A stretch of 64,000 nucleotides of DNA from an uncultured bacterium (GCA_938040325.1 CALHXW010000018.1:1540-65539); one strand, 5' to 3'; shown: positions 37,601 to 47,277, numbered from the stretch's first letter. Numbers and translations: made by a program. The notes: generated by a model not told the origin, from the sequence alone.

Positions 37601-38403
37601 TCGCTCCGCGGGTCGACGGGCTGGCTGTTGGCTTGCTCCGGACTCATGTAGCGGGGCGTGCCGAAGACGGTCCCTGTCTGCGTCAGCTGGCCGCCGGCGT
37701 CAGGGTCGAGGAACTTGGCGACGCCGAAGTCGAGGACTTTGACGAAGTCGCGCTGGCCGTTACGACTGACTAGGAAGATGTTTTCGGGTTTCAGGTCACG
37801 GTGAATGATGTTCTTTCCGTGCGCTTCTTCGAGGCTTCGGCACATCTGGACGCCGATCCGAAGGGCAAGGTGCGGCTGAACTCGCTGCTCAACGCCGAGC
37901 AGGTGGCCAAGGGTCGTGCCCTTGAGGAGCTCCATGACAAGGTAGAGGCTCCCACGCTCCGTTTGCCCGAAGTCGAACACAGTGATCGTGTGAGGGCTCT
38001 CGAGTCGCCGAGCTGCTCGCACCTCCCAAAAGAAGCGCTGCACCGACAGGTGGTTGCCGTCGGCTCGGTGGTGCATGATCTTGATGGCGACTTCGCGGTC
38101 CATCGAGTGCTGCCGCGCGACGTAGACCGACCCCATCCCTCCTTTGCCCAAGATGCGGCTGATGGTGTAGCGGTCATCGATCACCGTTCCGGGTGCCAAG
38201 CCAGCCCCAAGGTTGACCAGACGCGAGCCGTCGTAGGGGCAGCGGTCATAGTCTGGCCCGAACACGCGCTCGCATTCAGGGCACAGAAACTCTGGCGCTT
38301 GCTGTTGGGGGACTTCCAGTTCGCACGCTCCTGACGGGCTGGACGCCGAGGAGTATCGCGCAAGCAACGATCCGCTGCAACGCTCCCTGTGCCTGACCTC
38401 CAC
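34618..38403 (-). CDS. Hanks-type Ser/Thr protein kinase fused to a STAND/AAA-like ATPase region and C-terminal TPR repeats
   Basis: N-terminal Cys4 zinc-ribbon-like motif (CPECERVF..CPYDG). Kinase subdomains (VAIKIM, HRDLKPENIFL, DFGVAK, GTPRYMSPEQ). P-loop GERGVGKGRL. More than 8 TPR-like repeats at the C-terminus. 1261 aa. Confidence 0.85.
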   Translation of the reverse strand: MEVRHRERCSGSLLARYSSASSPSGACELEVPQQQAPEFLCPECERVFGPDYDRCPYDGSRLVNLGAGLAPGTVIDDRYTISRILGKGGMGSVYVARQHSMDREVAIKIMHHRADGNHLSVQRFFWEVRAARRLESPHTITVFDFGQTERGSLYLVMELLKGTTLGHLLGVEQRVQPHLALRIGVQMCRSLEEAHGKNIIHRDLKPENIFLVSRNGQRDFVKVLDFGVAKFLDPDAGGQLTQTGTVFGTPRYMSPEQANSQPVDPRSDLYALGIMLYEMLTGKVPFDDDNPLELLYKQVHESPTPVAEVDTGVEIDPKLSALIDRLLEKRKEDRFQSAISVREALEELLDQMSADDPTLRRVPGTPSPAPERPQQDTQQALGERAEAFPTPPMGLRTVHEAASTQFPQMLARPREAANAQKVIDSAFSLQRGRFIWVAGERGVGKGRLVKWLLRHAQRSHKAQVSRGYSSNSPGGEMPAIRGAIEHMLGVAILERPQVREHLAAHPAFSEQVEPDIINALTDFLRPSLDPGRRPVATPLLFAALQRLLVRFSKQRPVVLDLGVTSGADERTIRFLEHLAGTLASTPARICVMLSIETRGIAKHAGLAGILQKVGWRGEPERDTHELVPLGRLGKSEFKKFLRVLGKVYTQISDYLHYLSGGNPSVAERLVRQMESDPDRFREARLWNPLSERAQLSALPGELVDQTERTLTTALEAMPNPKLSREILRRAALIGYSFDLDLVEGCLAREGRDDMLDALEDTVDDLIDAAMLHETNDGRNLQFDNGLLREIVIGRIRSRRALKKLHGVIAVEIASRADETSTAEHSEALAVHFEASDNIAAALEYRMLQGNEALQNDATEVALQAFTKALDLSRTLTAAGAGDEADTAAEAEPQILTQLAQLHYDLGLFEQAAESYAALFQRAIEDEDEAGVAHAERGLAEVQDALAEYGTAAEMFRVARDRFLGLGLEVHAAWCELKRATSLESRGAIDDALAGYQAARRTFTQKRDRAGLAETYTRLGMLALAQKEHGEALRQLRRAVDLYKKLGEGRALAKGQYNLAVAALARSDYKFALDSANNALEIFDRFDDRTGVSQALGAIAKALMAQGRRIEARPYLERALRIREDLGDRHGIASSVAALARVALAMDQPDQAVELAFRARDIFGSCGDFLGAAGTLKTMGSAQSALGRLDDAITFLREAVATYDSLGVSDKDLCDILMTLSECERRSGQPGFAQQSLARAQDIATRGEMVEELRIIEGRLGA

Positions 38404-38622
38404 CAGACAGCCGCGATGGGCAGGTGTCAGGTCACGGCGGCGGGGTCGGAGCCCAACGCTCCGTGTCGGCGACGGACCTTAGGATGCGGGCGAGCCGCTC
38501 GTGGGCGCCGCAGTGTGTCCCGGCCAGCCGCAGAGCACCTTGACAATCTGACGAGACTGTCTCGATACTCCCGCCTCACCGCGGCATGCCTACTCGGCCG
38601 CGGATCAGGAGAGCACTCGCTG

Positions 38623-40383
38623 ATGATGCGCGCTTACCTTCACGTTGGGAACTTGGTCGCTCTGGCGGCTATCGGGACACTGTCCCTGGGCTGCGACTCG
38701 GGCCTGCAAGAAGACCTGAACACGAGCAAGGACACGCGGTTCGCCGCCGCAGCTGGCAACATCGCCGCTGTCGAGGCTGACCGTCTCAACAAGCTCAAAG
38801 CAGGCCTGCCCGCCCCGAACTTGGAAGGCGCGGCGTCGCTGAAGGCGCTGCTCGAGTGGCGCAAGTCCATCAAGGACCGTAACGACGACACGGCTCTAAA
38901 CTTCCTGGCGGTGCACACGCAGCCGGACAAGCAGCCGCAGCCGGACGAGACGCTCAAGGCGATCGAAGGCGTCGATATGGCTGTCGGAGGTCGAGGGACC
39001 CCCGCCGAGCTCCCCGCCGAGCGTGGCGCGGCCTTTGCGCTTGAGTCGAAAGAGTACTGGGACGGTAAGTCGAGCAACGCGCGCTACCTGACGTTCCTGG
39101 GGACCTACCTAAAAGACGCTGAGCGGGACAAGGCTGAGGCACTCGCCAAGGATCCGAACGCGAAGCTCGTCCCAACCCCCTTCATCGACGAGGCGAAGTT
39201 CGATCTCGTGTTCGCCCATGCGATTCGCTACCTGCTGATTCGCGCATCGCAGGACGGCGACAAGGTCACAAGCGCCGTTCAGCCCTACTGGGAGACAGCG
39301 TTCGACTTCCCCGCGAAGTCGTCGGAGAGCTTCAGCGACTACATCTCCCGGGTCTGCTTCGCGCACCCGAAGCTTCAGGAGAAGTGCAAAGGGGTTCCGC
39401 ATGAGTACCGCGCCCAGGTCGTCAACACGCCTTATGTGCGCGAGCTGAAGACGAAGGTCGAGGAGTACGTGAAGGGGCGTACGGACAAGAACGCGATGTT
39501 CGCCGACATCCTCGGGCGCTTCGGTACGGCCTTTGACTCGGCGCTCGGCAAGGTTCACGTCCACACGGAAGACCCCGTCCTACCGTCGACCTTCGCTCCG
39601 GTGGAAGGCATCAGCGGCATCAAGACGTCGTTTAGCAAAAAGACCGGCTTTAAGATTGAGGGCCAGTCGATCTCGCCGAGCTTCACGGGCGCTGTCCCCA
39701 TGGAGCTGACCATGCGGATGACGACGCTGACCGACACGCTTAAAGCGACCCCTGGCAACCGGATCAACATCGCCAATGTCGTTGTCGAGCTGGACGGCGA
39801 CTCGCCCATGACGACGATTGCCGACATCATCCGCGCGTTCCCGCCGGTGGTGAAGAAGACGCTGCTCGTCGGACGGCGCCGTGTCGACGGCAGCATGCGG
39901 CGCGCCCCGATCAGCATCAAGCGGCCGAAGAAGTCGGCGTCGCCGACCATCTCGTTCAAGTTCGCAGAGGACGCGGCCCCTGCGTCGTGTGACATGGTCG
40001 GCTTCACGGGCCGCCCGTTGCTCGGCAAGGACAAGAAGTCCTTCTTCCTGCACATCACGCCCAGCAAGATCCGCGCGGCAGAGACCACCTACCAGAAAGA
40101 ACTGCGGCAGTTCGACGCTGGCGCTACGGTCAACCTTGGCTCGCCGGCCGACATGACTCAGCTGCTGGCGTGGCTCGAGAAGAACGAGGGCGAGATCCAG
40201 CTCTTCCTCGGGGGCGGGTTCACCTACGACGATGCGATGAAGCACCTCAGCCGAGTCCTCTACAAGTGCATCGACCAAGAGATGGTCTTCGATGCGGGAA
40301 CTCCGAAAGAGCGAACCGTCACGCGTCCCTGCGGAAAGACCGAGCCCTTCGAGTCGACGGTTGTCGTTGCGATGTGTCGATAG
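38623..40383 (+). CDS. Lys-rich lipoprotein of unknown function
   Basis: AGGAG, then ATGATG at 38623. Lipoprotein signal MMRAYLHVGNLVALAAIGTLSLGC. 586 aa, unusually Lys-rich for this genome. The track ORF start (38389) is an upstream extension. Confidence 0.55.
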   Translation: MMRAYLHVGNLVALAAIGTLSLGCDSGLQEDLNTSKDTRFAAAAGNIAAVEADRLNKLKAGLPAPNLEGAASLKALLEWRKSIKDRNDDTALNFLAVHTQPDKQPQPDETLKAIEGVDMAVGGRGTPAELPAERGAAFALESKEYWDGKSSNARYLTFLGTYLKDAERDKAEALAKDPNAKLVPTPFIDEAKFDLVFAHAIRYLLIRASQDGDKVTSAVQPYWETAFDFPAKSSESFSDYISRVCFAHPKLQEKCKGVPHEYRAQVVNTPYVRELKTKVEEYVKGRTDKNAMFADILGRFGTAFDSALGKVHVHTEDPVLPSTFAPVEGISGIKTSFSKKTGFKIEGQSISPSFTGAVPMELTMRMTTLTDTLKATPGNRINIANVVVELDGDSPMTTIADIIRAFPPVVKKTLLVGRRRVDGSMRRAPISIKRPKKSASPTISFKFAEDAAPASCDMVGFTGRPLLGKDKKSFFLHITPSKIRAAETTYQKELRQFDAGATVNLGSPADMTQLLAWLEKNEGEIQLFLGGGFTYDDAMKHLSRVLYKCIDQEMVFDAGTPKERTVTRPCGKTEPFESTVVVAMCR

Positions 40384-40533
40384 CGTGATGTAGGCCGGTT
40401 GCGGCCTCGCGCGCCTACCTTGAGGGGTGCAGTGAGATGACGGTGTTGCGCACGTGCGGTGTCGTTGACGGTTTGTCGGACCCATCGCTGCGTCGTGGCC
40501 CACAGCTCACCGAGCACCTCAAGGTGACTGTCG

Positions 40534-42840
40534 ATGCCTGAGTTCGACCAACACGGCTACCAAGGGTATTGGTTACCGGCTCGACGCCTGGATGGCGACC
40601 ACGGCATCGTCGTTGTCATCAAGCGTCGGTTTGCGGTCGATGTTCCGAGCGCGACGTGCGGTCCGGCTGACGACACTGCGCCGGTTCGGTTCGCGTGCGA
40701 GTACCACGACGATGACGACCCGCCGAACGTGTCGGTCAAAGCGGCGGCCGAGGTCGCCATCGAAAAGACTAACGTCGACATCATCATCCACGGCACTGCG
40801 TACGCGCCCAACGGGAAGCCGGTGCCGTCGTTTGACTGTGGTGTGCGGATTCCAAACGTTATCGAGCGCCGTCTGCGAATCTTCGGCGAGCGCACGTGCG
40901 AGTGGTTTCCGCCGCTCAAGGAGCTGACCTACAAAGACCTTGCCGAGGGCGAGGAGTGGGAGTGGTTGGACCCAGATTTCTCCGACCCGCAGCCGATCGC
41001 CAAGCTTCCGCTCCGCTACGAGTTCGCCTACGGCGGCTGGGGCGTCTTGGTGCTGACTGAAGACGAGCAGGAGATGGCCGAGGAGAGCCAGGCCGTCAAC
41101 GAGATGCTCGAGGAACGTCGTGCCCGCAAAAAGGAGATTGAGCAGGAGCTCATCGCCGAGGAGGAGGCCAAGGAGGCTGCTGCCAAGGAAGCGAAGGCGC
41201 CGAAGAAGGGCGGAATCACTGACGAGAAAGCCCAGGAGCTCGCAGACAAAGCGTTCGCTGACGACGGCGCCGAGCGTGGTCATGACGGTGTGACCCGGGT
41301 CATCGACGCATCCATCATTGCGCGACTGGCAGCCGAAGAGGGCGACGACCTCGACATCGCGAGCCCGCTTCGGCTCGGGCAGAACCTGCCCGATGTCCCG
41401 GAAGACACGGCCGTAGCCGACGATGAGGAGCAGGCCGCGGAAGAAGCCGACGGCGCAGAGGAAGAGGAGCCGGAGGAAGAAGACGAGCGCTTCACGGGCA
41501 ACAAGACGCAGATGCTCGACATCTCTAAGCTCAACCTCGAGGACGAGCTCAGCCAGGACCTCCATGAGGCCTCGGTCGAGCGGCAGGCGGCGCTCAAGGA
41601 TGAAGAGGGGACGCTGAGGGACCGCGACGCCCGCTTCGGCGACATCAAGCTCTACGGCGACGACTGGGCAGCTCAGTACGTCGGCAAGCGTAAGAAAACG
41701 AAGAAGAAGCGCGAGGAGAGCGAGTTCCCTGAGCTCCCGTGCCCGAGCAACCCCTCAGGCATGGGGTTTGCGGTCTCTTATCGGCAGCAGGCCCTTGAGG
41801 GCCTCAAGCTCCCGCACATTGAGGACCCTGACAACCTCATCACGCCCGAAGAGCTCGTGGTCGACCTTGCAGAGATGGAGCTGATGGCGCTGCGGGCGCC
41901 AGCAGGCTTTGCCCCTTACGCGCCAGGTTGGTTCCCCCGGGCCGGATACTGGGGCATCTATCCCTGGGACGAGGAGGCTGCTGCCGCGGCCGTGGAGAAG
42001 GCAAAAGAAGAGTTCGACCCGGAAGACCATGACGACCTGCCCATCCTTGAGCAGCTTGAGAAGCTTGAGATTCCCGTCATGCGCACGCCAGCGTTCCAAG
42101 AAGCTCACCCAAAGATGCAGGTTGCCGATGTTCGCGGTGACGAAGACGTCTACCTAGAAAACCTGACGCCTGACGGGATGCTCTTCTTTCGGTTGCCCGG
42201 TCTGCATCCCACAGCGACCATCGACATGAGCGAGGGCCCAGTCCCGCTTCGGCTGAGGCTCGACACCCTTGTGTTCGACCTCGACGATGTCGAAGCACCC
42301 GCCGTCGAGCTGGCGTGGCGTGCGTGGCATCCCATTGCCGACTTCGATCAGCTCTCGGAGACACCTTTCCGCAAGATCAACATCATCGAGGTCGACCAAG
42401 AGGGTTGGCTGGACGTCAAGCGAGACGAGCAGCGGGCTGACAAGGGCGGTTCGAGCGATGGCGTCACGCAGTTCATTGCTGCCATCACCGATGAGGAGCT
42501 TGAAGAACTCGATGACGCTGAGGGCAAGTACAAGGCGCAGTTCAAGAAGCTCCGAAAGGACCAGGACCCCGGGGTCGGCGTCAGGATCGACGACAAGGGA
42601 GACGCTGTAGTCTTCGACCAAGACGAGGGCCGCCGTCTCTCGGACGATGTCTGGGACGACAACATCCGAGACGCCAAAGACGACGTCGAAGAGATGGCGC
42701 GCAGGATCAAGGAAGAGAAAGACAAGGCTCGACTCAAAGATGTCCGAGCGCTTGCCCGTGCCAAGGCCGACGAGGAGTTCGGCATCATCCGTGATGACGA
42801 CGGCGAGATCCTCGTGAGCGACTTGGACGAGCTCGAGTAG
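40534..42840 (+). CDS. Large (768 aa) highly acidic protein of unknown function
   Basis: Cys-containing N-terminal domain (~170 aa). Long Glu/Lys-rich low-complexity linker (EEEEPEEEDE...). Aromatic-rich central segment (PAGFAPYAPGWFPRAGYWGIYPWDEE) and an acidic C-terminus. No signal peptide. Confidence 0.55.
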   Translation: MPEFDQHGYQGYWLPARRLDGDHGIVVVIKRRFAVDVPSATCGPADDTAPVRFACEYHDDDDPPNVSVKAAAEVAIEKTNVDIIIHGTAYAPNGKPVPSFDCGVRIPNVIERRLRIFGERTCEWFPPLKELTYKDLAEGEEWEWLDPDFSDPQPIAKLPLRYEFAYGGWGVLVLTEDEQEMAEESQAVNEMLEERRARKKEIEQELIAEEEAKEAAAKEAKAPKKGGITDEKAQELADKAFADDGAERGHDGVTRVIDASIIARLAAEEGDDLDIASPLRLGQNLPDVPEDTAVADDEEQAAEEADGAEEEEPEEEDERFTGNKTQMLDISKLNLEDELSQDLHEASVERQAALKDEEGTLRDRDARFGDIKLYGDDWAAQYVGKRKKTKKKREESEFPELPCPSNPSGMGFAVSYRQQALEGLKLPHIEDPDNLITPEELVVDLAEMELMALRAPAGFAPYAPGWFPRAGYWGIYPWDEEAAAAAVEKAKEEFDPEDHDDLPILEQLEKLEIPVMRTPAFQEAHPKMQVADVRGDEDVYLENLTPDGMLFFRLPGLHPTATIDMSEGPVPLRLRLDTLVFDLDDVEAPAVELAWRAWHPIADFDQLSETPFRKINIIEVDQEGWLDVKRDEQRADKGGSSDGVTQFIAAITDEELEELDDAEGKYKAQFKKLRKDQDPGVGVRIDDKGDAVVFDQDEGRRLSDDVWDDNIRDAKDDVEEMARRIKEEKDKARLKDVRALARAKADEEFGIIRDDDGEILVSDLDELE

Positions 42841-42875
42841 CGGGAGCCTGAGCTGGCGGCTCTCAAGTGCAGCCT

Positions 42876-43520
42876 GCTAGCAGCGTTGCCGGGAAACGCG
42901 AAATCTGGTGACTTCGCGATGCGCTCGACGCGGATCCCAGGGGCGCAGCTCCTGTTGAGCTTGAGACCATTCAAGAGCTGCGCCCCTGAAACGGTGCTCT
43001 AGTCCCAAAACAAGCGCTCTTTCCGGCTGCGGCTTTGGCGATGCCCTCGCCAGCGACTTCGTTTCGCTCGCTGCGCTCACCCGAGCTCGACGATGCTCGC
43101 AGGGCCTTCACTCGGCCGACGCCGCTGGCAAGCGCAGCGCCTTCGCCTCGCTCGAAAATAGCGCTTGTTTTGGGTCTAGTTGTAGATGCCGGAAGTTCGT
43201 TCCTAGCAGCGTTCGGGGAAATGCAATTCCCGATGACTTTGCGATGCGCACCACTGGAGTGATGACCTCGAGATCACTCAGGAGCTGCGCCCCTGCAACC
43301 CGCGTTGTGGTTTCCTCTCGTTCATCACCCCAGCGGCACACCTCGCTGCGTCCCAGAATCCGCATTTCCCCGAACGCTGCTAGGTCCAAACAGGCCGTCG
43401 TCGAGGTCGAGATCCGACGACGCCGACGTGTCGGGACCCTTCAAGAAGTCGGACCGAAGAGGTCGGCGATGGACCGTCGAGGAGATAGGAACGAACTTCC
43501 GATCTCTACAACTAGGTCGC
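42876..43520. mobile_element. Nested MITE-like inverted-repeat elements bounded by CTAG
   Basis: TIR pair a: ctagtcccaaaacaagcgct (42996-43016) with agcgcttgttttgggtctag (43160-43179), enclosing repeat copy B. TIR pair b: ctagttgtagatgccggaagttcgttcc (43176-43203) with ggaacgaacttccgatctctacaactag (43489-43516). Three copies of a ~55-90-nt unit beginning ctagcagcgtt(c/g)(c/g)gggaaa(c/t)gc (42876, 43204, and inverted at 43385-43331), each with internal caggggcgcagctc...gagctgcgcccctg hairpins. Confidence 0.45.
43069..43160. repeat. ~90-nt intergenic repeat, copy B (see 19546-19632)
   Basis: gctgcgctcacccgaGctcgacgatgctcgcagGgccttcActcggccgacGccgctg..ccttcgcCtcgctcgaaaaTagcg. It is framed by the CTAG-terminated inverted repeat pair a. 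Confidence 0.55.
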
Positions 43521-44378
43521 CAAGTGGCCTGGGATCGGGAGGTTGTCGCCGCCGACAACGGGTCCGACAGGCACGTAGGGCGGCGCGTAGGTCGGCACAG
43601 GGCCCTTGCCCATCACCATCATCACCTGCTGGCTCAAGAGCCAGAGCGGAAACTGGAGGCCGACCGCGAAGGCGATCGTGTCGAAGATGGCGACATGCTG
43701 CTTGTCGGAGTCTTCGTCTTTGACGCCCCCGTCGAGGGCGTCAACCATGGCGCTCTTCAGCTGGGGTTGCGTCATCTTCGCCATCATTGCCGACGGCCAC
43801 AGCATGAGAGGGAAGGGCACGTTCGGCATCGGCGGCGCCATCGCGAGCGGGAACGCTGCGAACGCCGGCCACATGGGCAGACCCGGGCACGTGACCTTGC
43901 CCTGCCACTCTTTCCAGCACTTGCTCACACCCTCGGCCACAGCCTTGACGTAGGCTTTGGCATTCGACTCGGTCTCGATCCACGTCTTGAACGGGACCAT
44001 GTCCTTGAGTTCCGGCCCATCGAGGCAGCCTGGGGCACCGATGCCCGAGACCGCCATGATCTTCAGGTCCTTGATCTTGGCCTGCAGCCGCCACATGTCG
44101 ACCGCTTGTTTGATCGTCGACAACGCCTTGTGGACGAAGTCCTTCACCTTGCCGCCAATGTCTTTGCAGGTCTCGACGTGGTACTTGTTGACCGTCGCAG
44201 ACCAGAAGTAGCAGAGGGGCTCAGGCACACCGGCCAGCTCGCTGGGCTCGAACGAGTCTGGGTACTGGCTCTTCTCCGGCTCCGCTTGTGGCTGCTTCCA
44301 GTCCACAGGCAACTTCTTCATCAACGCCGGGAAGTAGACGTCAGCAAGCGTTTCGAGTGGCAGCGTAAATCCAGGCAT
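43512..44378 (-). CDS. Hypothetical Lys/Pro/Met-rich protein (288 aa)
   Basis: Complete ORF whose composition (K, M, W-rich; apparently lower GC) is atypical for the surrounding genome. Its 3' end overlaps the right TIR of the MITE pile. No recognisable domain. Confidence 0.45.
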   Translation of the reverse strand: MPGFTLPLETLADVYFPALMKKLPVDWKQPQAEPEKSQYPDSFEPSELAGVPEPLCYFWSATVNKYHVETCKDIGGKVKDFVHKALSTIKQAVDMWRLQAKIKDLKIMAVSGIGAPGCLDGPELKDMVPFKTWIETESNAKAYVKAVAEGVSKCWKEWQGKVTCPGLPMWPAFAAFPLAMAPPMPNVPFPLMLWPSAMMAKMTQPQLKSAMVDALDGGVKDEDSDKQHVAIFDTIAFAVGLQFPLWLLSQQVMMVMGKGPVPTYAPPYVPVGPVVGGDNLPIPGHLAT

Positions 44379-44532
44379 CGGGCGCTCCGTTCAGAGACCA
44401 TGCACCGTCAAGCGGGTGCGCAGAGATGAATAAGGACCGTGAAAAGGGCGACCAGCACATGGTGGCGACCGCCTACCCCGAAGACAAGAGTTAGCCTATC
44501 ATCTCAGCCGAATTGCCCGCAAGGTCGTAGCC

Positions 44533-47277
44533 ATGATGCACCATCCCTTGAGTTTGGCCGACGTGACACGGGGCCTCACTGGCGAGCATGTCCGGGACGC
44601 GGCAGTTGCTGTCGAACAGTCACGGCGGCTGTCGCCCGAACAAGAAGCAAGCTGGCTCGCGGCCGAACACCAGTGGGCCGTCGCAAGTATCGCCACCACA
44701 CCTCTTGCCTGGCGTGTGGCGAGGCTCGCGTGGCGAGACGGCCGGGTGGCGCATGAGCGGCTAGAGCGCCCTGAGCTGGCGGTTCCGTCGAGCTGGATCC
44801 ACCCGGAGCTCGATGGATCGCGCTACACGTCTCATGCCATGACCGCGATCGGTGCAGGACCGAGCGTCTGGCCCTTTCGATTCGATGGCGTTACCGGCGT
44901 GTTCAGCGCTGGCGACGCGTTTGGTTGGTGGAGCCACGGACTCGTGCACGCGCTTATCGGCGGTGCCTGGTGGCCAGGCATGACCGAGTGGGAGCTGATG
45001 CACGTCTCCCGTCTGAGCGAAGCTGTTGCAGCGCTGCACTGGTACTGGCTCGCTGAGATCGGGCGGCAGCATGACGATGCGCCGGAGTTCGACCTCACGC
45101 GGCCGAACCCTGACGCGGACGCAGCCTATGCTGACCTCGAGAGCCGTGCTCGCAACCCGATCTCGCGTCTCAAGAACCTACGCTCCGACAGGTCGGTTCG
45201 CATCGGACAGAACGCGCTCGAGATCATGAACTACGAAGCGTTTGCGTATCGACGCGGAATGTTCGCCGGCGAGATGGTCGAGCCCAAAGGCCGCTACCTC
45301 AACCTTGGTGAAGCCTGTGAGTACGCGCGCTTTCACCTGCGACGCCTTAGCTCATCGGCTGCCAGTCGTTGGCGAGACACCTGCATGAACGGCGACTTCG
45401 CCACGAGCGCAAGCGAGTTCGAGTCGCGCGCAGCCAGCGTGCTCGCCGCGATCTTATCGCCAGCGGAGTTAGAGCTATCCGAGAGCCCTCCCCACGGCCT
45501 CCGTGTCCTGCAGGACCTCGGGTGGCGGCTGGCCCACGCGAGCGAGCTTGACGTCGACAAACAGGCGATCGAGCGCTCGCTCCAGGCCTGTGGCGACGCG
45601 TGTGTAGCGGTACGCGACGGAAGCAACGCAGATGACGCAATCCGGGCGCTGATGGGCGCGCTGGTCGTGGACGCACCCAGCATCGGCGCTGACATTGTGA
45701 AGCTCGGCTATCGTCCGTTGAGAGATGGGGTCGACCCAAGCAGGGAACCGCGCACAGACGCCTTGATTGCGCGGAGCTGGAGAACGCACCGTGTCGTCGG
45801 CACCGCTTGCGAGGGCGTCCGTGCCGCCGCTGCGCTCGCAGTGGACGCCCCACGCAACGCAAGTGTCATCGAGGACTTGATCCCCGCCGCCGAGGTTGCC
45901 GCCGCAGCTGGCGCGATCGCCTATCTCGACGAAGCCTACCTCGGCTGGCTGGCGGTGGCGCAGCAGTTCTGGGGGCCGTTTTCAGCGAGTCCCGAGCAGG
46001 GCAACCGCTACCGCTATCGACTTGCGCGGCGCGAGCTGCCGCCGCAGGACGAGTGGTCACGCTATGAGGTGCAGATCAACCCTTACGTCGACAGGCAGCC
46101 CATGCCATTCGACGCACGTTGGAATGCCGACCTCCTCGAGAGGCCAGCCGGTGCGGTGGGCGCGTACGAAGCGAAAGCGGCGACGGCGGTCTGGCACTGT
46201 CTGCTCGGCAGCAGCCCCGAGGGGCCGCTGTACATTCCGCTGACCCCCACGATGCTATCGGTCGTGTCGAAGCTCCGAAGCCCGATGCGACTCGGTGACC
46301 TTGCCGACGAGGCCGGTTCGAACCTCGCAGCCCTGAACGCAGCGGTCGCTAGCAGGGCTGTGCTGCTCTTCGACAAGCCGGTCGGCCCGACGCGTTCGCG
46401 CCAGCCTGCGATCTCAGGACCGTTTGGGTTCGAGATGGAGGCTGTTATCGAGCCCGTAGGACCATGGAGCGACCAAGAGCAAGTCGACGCCTACCTCAAC
46501 TTCCAGGCGCGCAGCACCCTCTACACCGAGAGCTCTGGCGCCCTCGTTGCGCATGCGCAGGTGGAGCACGTCAGGCGCGTCGCTGACCTCGCCGCGGGGA
46601 CGGGCACGACCACAAGAGCACTGCTGTCGGTCGTCGGGCCGGCGGCTGAAGTCGTAGCCGTGGAGCCATCCATCAAGATGGCGGAGCACCACAGCAACCT
46701 CGTGGGGGACTCGCGGGTCGAGCTCGTCAAGGGCGGCCTGCGAGCGCTCTTCGGCCAGGTCGCGTGGGGCGGCCCCTTCGACGCGGTCGTGTGCAACTCC
46801 GGGCTCTGGCTGTGTGGCCCTCTGCCCACGACTCTCGGTTGGTTGCGTTACAGCCTCGGGCCGCGTGGCACGCTGGGCTTCAACATCCCGCTTGAGTATC
46901 TCGGCGAACACCAGATGCTTGGCGACGGCGTTGGCGTAGAGGTTGCGTCCGCTCTTCACGCGATTCAGTCCGAGCGGTTCGGCGCGCCTGTGACCCGAGA
47001 CACGACCAGCGACCTGGGGCTCGGGTCGCGGCAAACGGTCAACGACGCGCTCCGTGATGCCGGGTTCGAAGAGGTCGAGTGGAAGAACTGGTCGTACGAT
47101 TGGACCGTCGGTGACTACCTCGCCTGGCTCAGTATGCCTGCTGTTGTGGTGTCGCTAGCGCCCGCGGACACCCCAGAGCAAGCCGTCGCTGTGCTTGACG
47201 AGCTTCAACGCCGCGTTGACCTGAACGCACCCCTGACGTGGACTTGGGCGATGGTTCGCGCGCGGACGCCCGCTTAG
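44533..47277 (+). CDS. Large protein (914 aa) with C-terminal class-I SAM-dependent methyltransferase domain and unknown ~650-aa N-terminal region
   Basis: Motif I VADLAAGTGTTTRALL, and a post-I acidic residue (VVAVEPS) and motif-IV-like DAVVCNSGLW in the last ~250 aa. Nothing recognisable in the N-terminal region. First gene of a same-strand cluster. Confidence 0.6.
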   Translation: MMHHPLSLADVTRGLTGEHVRDAAVAVEQSRRLSPEQEASWLAAEHQWAVASIATTPLAWRVARLAWRDGRVAHERLERPELAVPSSWIHPELDGSRYTSHAMTAIGAGPSVWPFRFDGVTGVFSAGDAFGWWSHGLVHALIGGAWWPGMTEWELMHVSRLSEAVAALHWYWLAEIGRQHDDAPEFDLTRPNPDADAAYADLESRARNPISRLKNLRSDRSVRIGQNALEIMNYEAFAYRRGMFAGEMVEPKGRYLNLGEACEYARFHLRRLSSSAASRWRDTCMNGDFATSASEFESRAASVLAAILSPAELELSESPPHGLRVLQDLGWRLAHASELDVDKQAIERSLQACGDACVAVRDGSNADDAIRALMGALVVDAPSIGADIVKLGYRPLRDGVDPSREPRTDALIARSWRTHRVVGTACEGVRAAAALAVDAPRNASVIEDLIPAAEVAAAAGAIAYLDEAYLGWLAVAQQFWGPFSASPEQGNRYRYRLARRELPPQDEWSRYEVQINPYVDRQPMPFDARWNADLLERPAGAVGAYEAKAATAVWHCLLGSSPEGPLYIPLTPTMLSVVSKLRSPMRLGDLADEAGSNLAALNAAVASRAVLLFDKPVGPTRSRQPAISGPFGFEMEAVIEPVGPWSDQEQVDAYLNFQARSTLYTESSGALVAHAQVEHVRRVADLAAGTGTTTRALLSVVGPAAEVVAVEPSIKMAEHHSNLVGDSRVELVKGGLRALFGQVAWGGPFDAVVCNSGLWLCGPLPTTLGWLRYSLGPRGTLGFNIPLEYLGEHQMLGDGVGVEVASALHAIQSERFGAPVTRDTTSDLGLGSRQTVNDALRDAGFEEVEWKNWSYDWTVGDYLAWLSMPAVVVSLAPADTPEQAVAVLDELQRRVDLNAPLTWTWAMVRARTPA

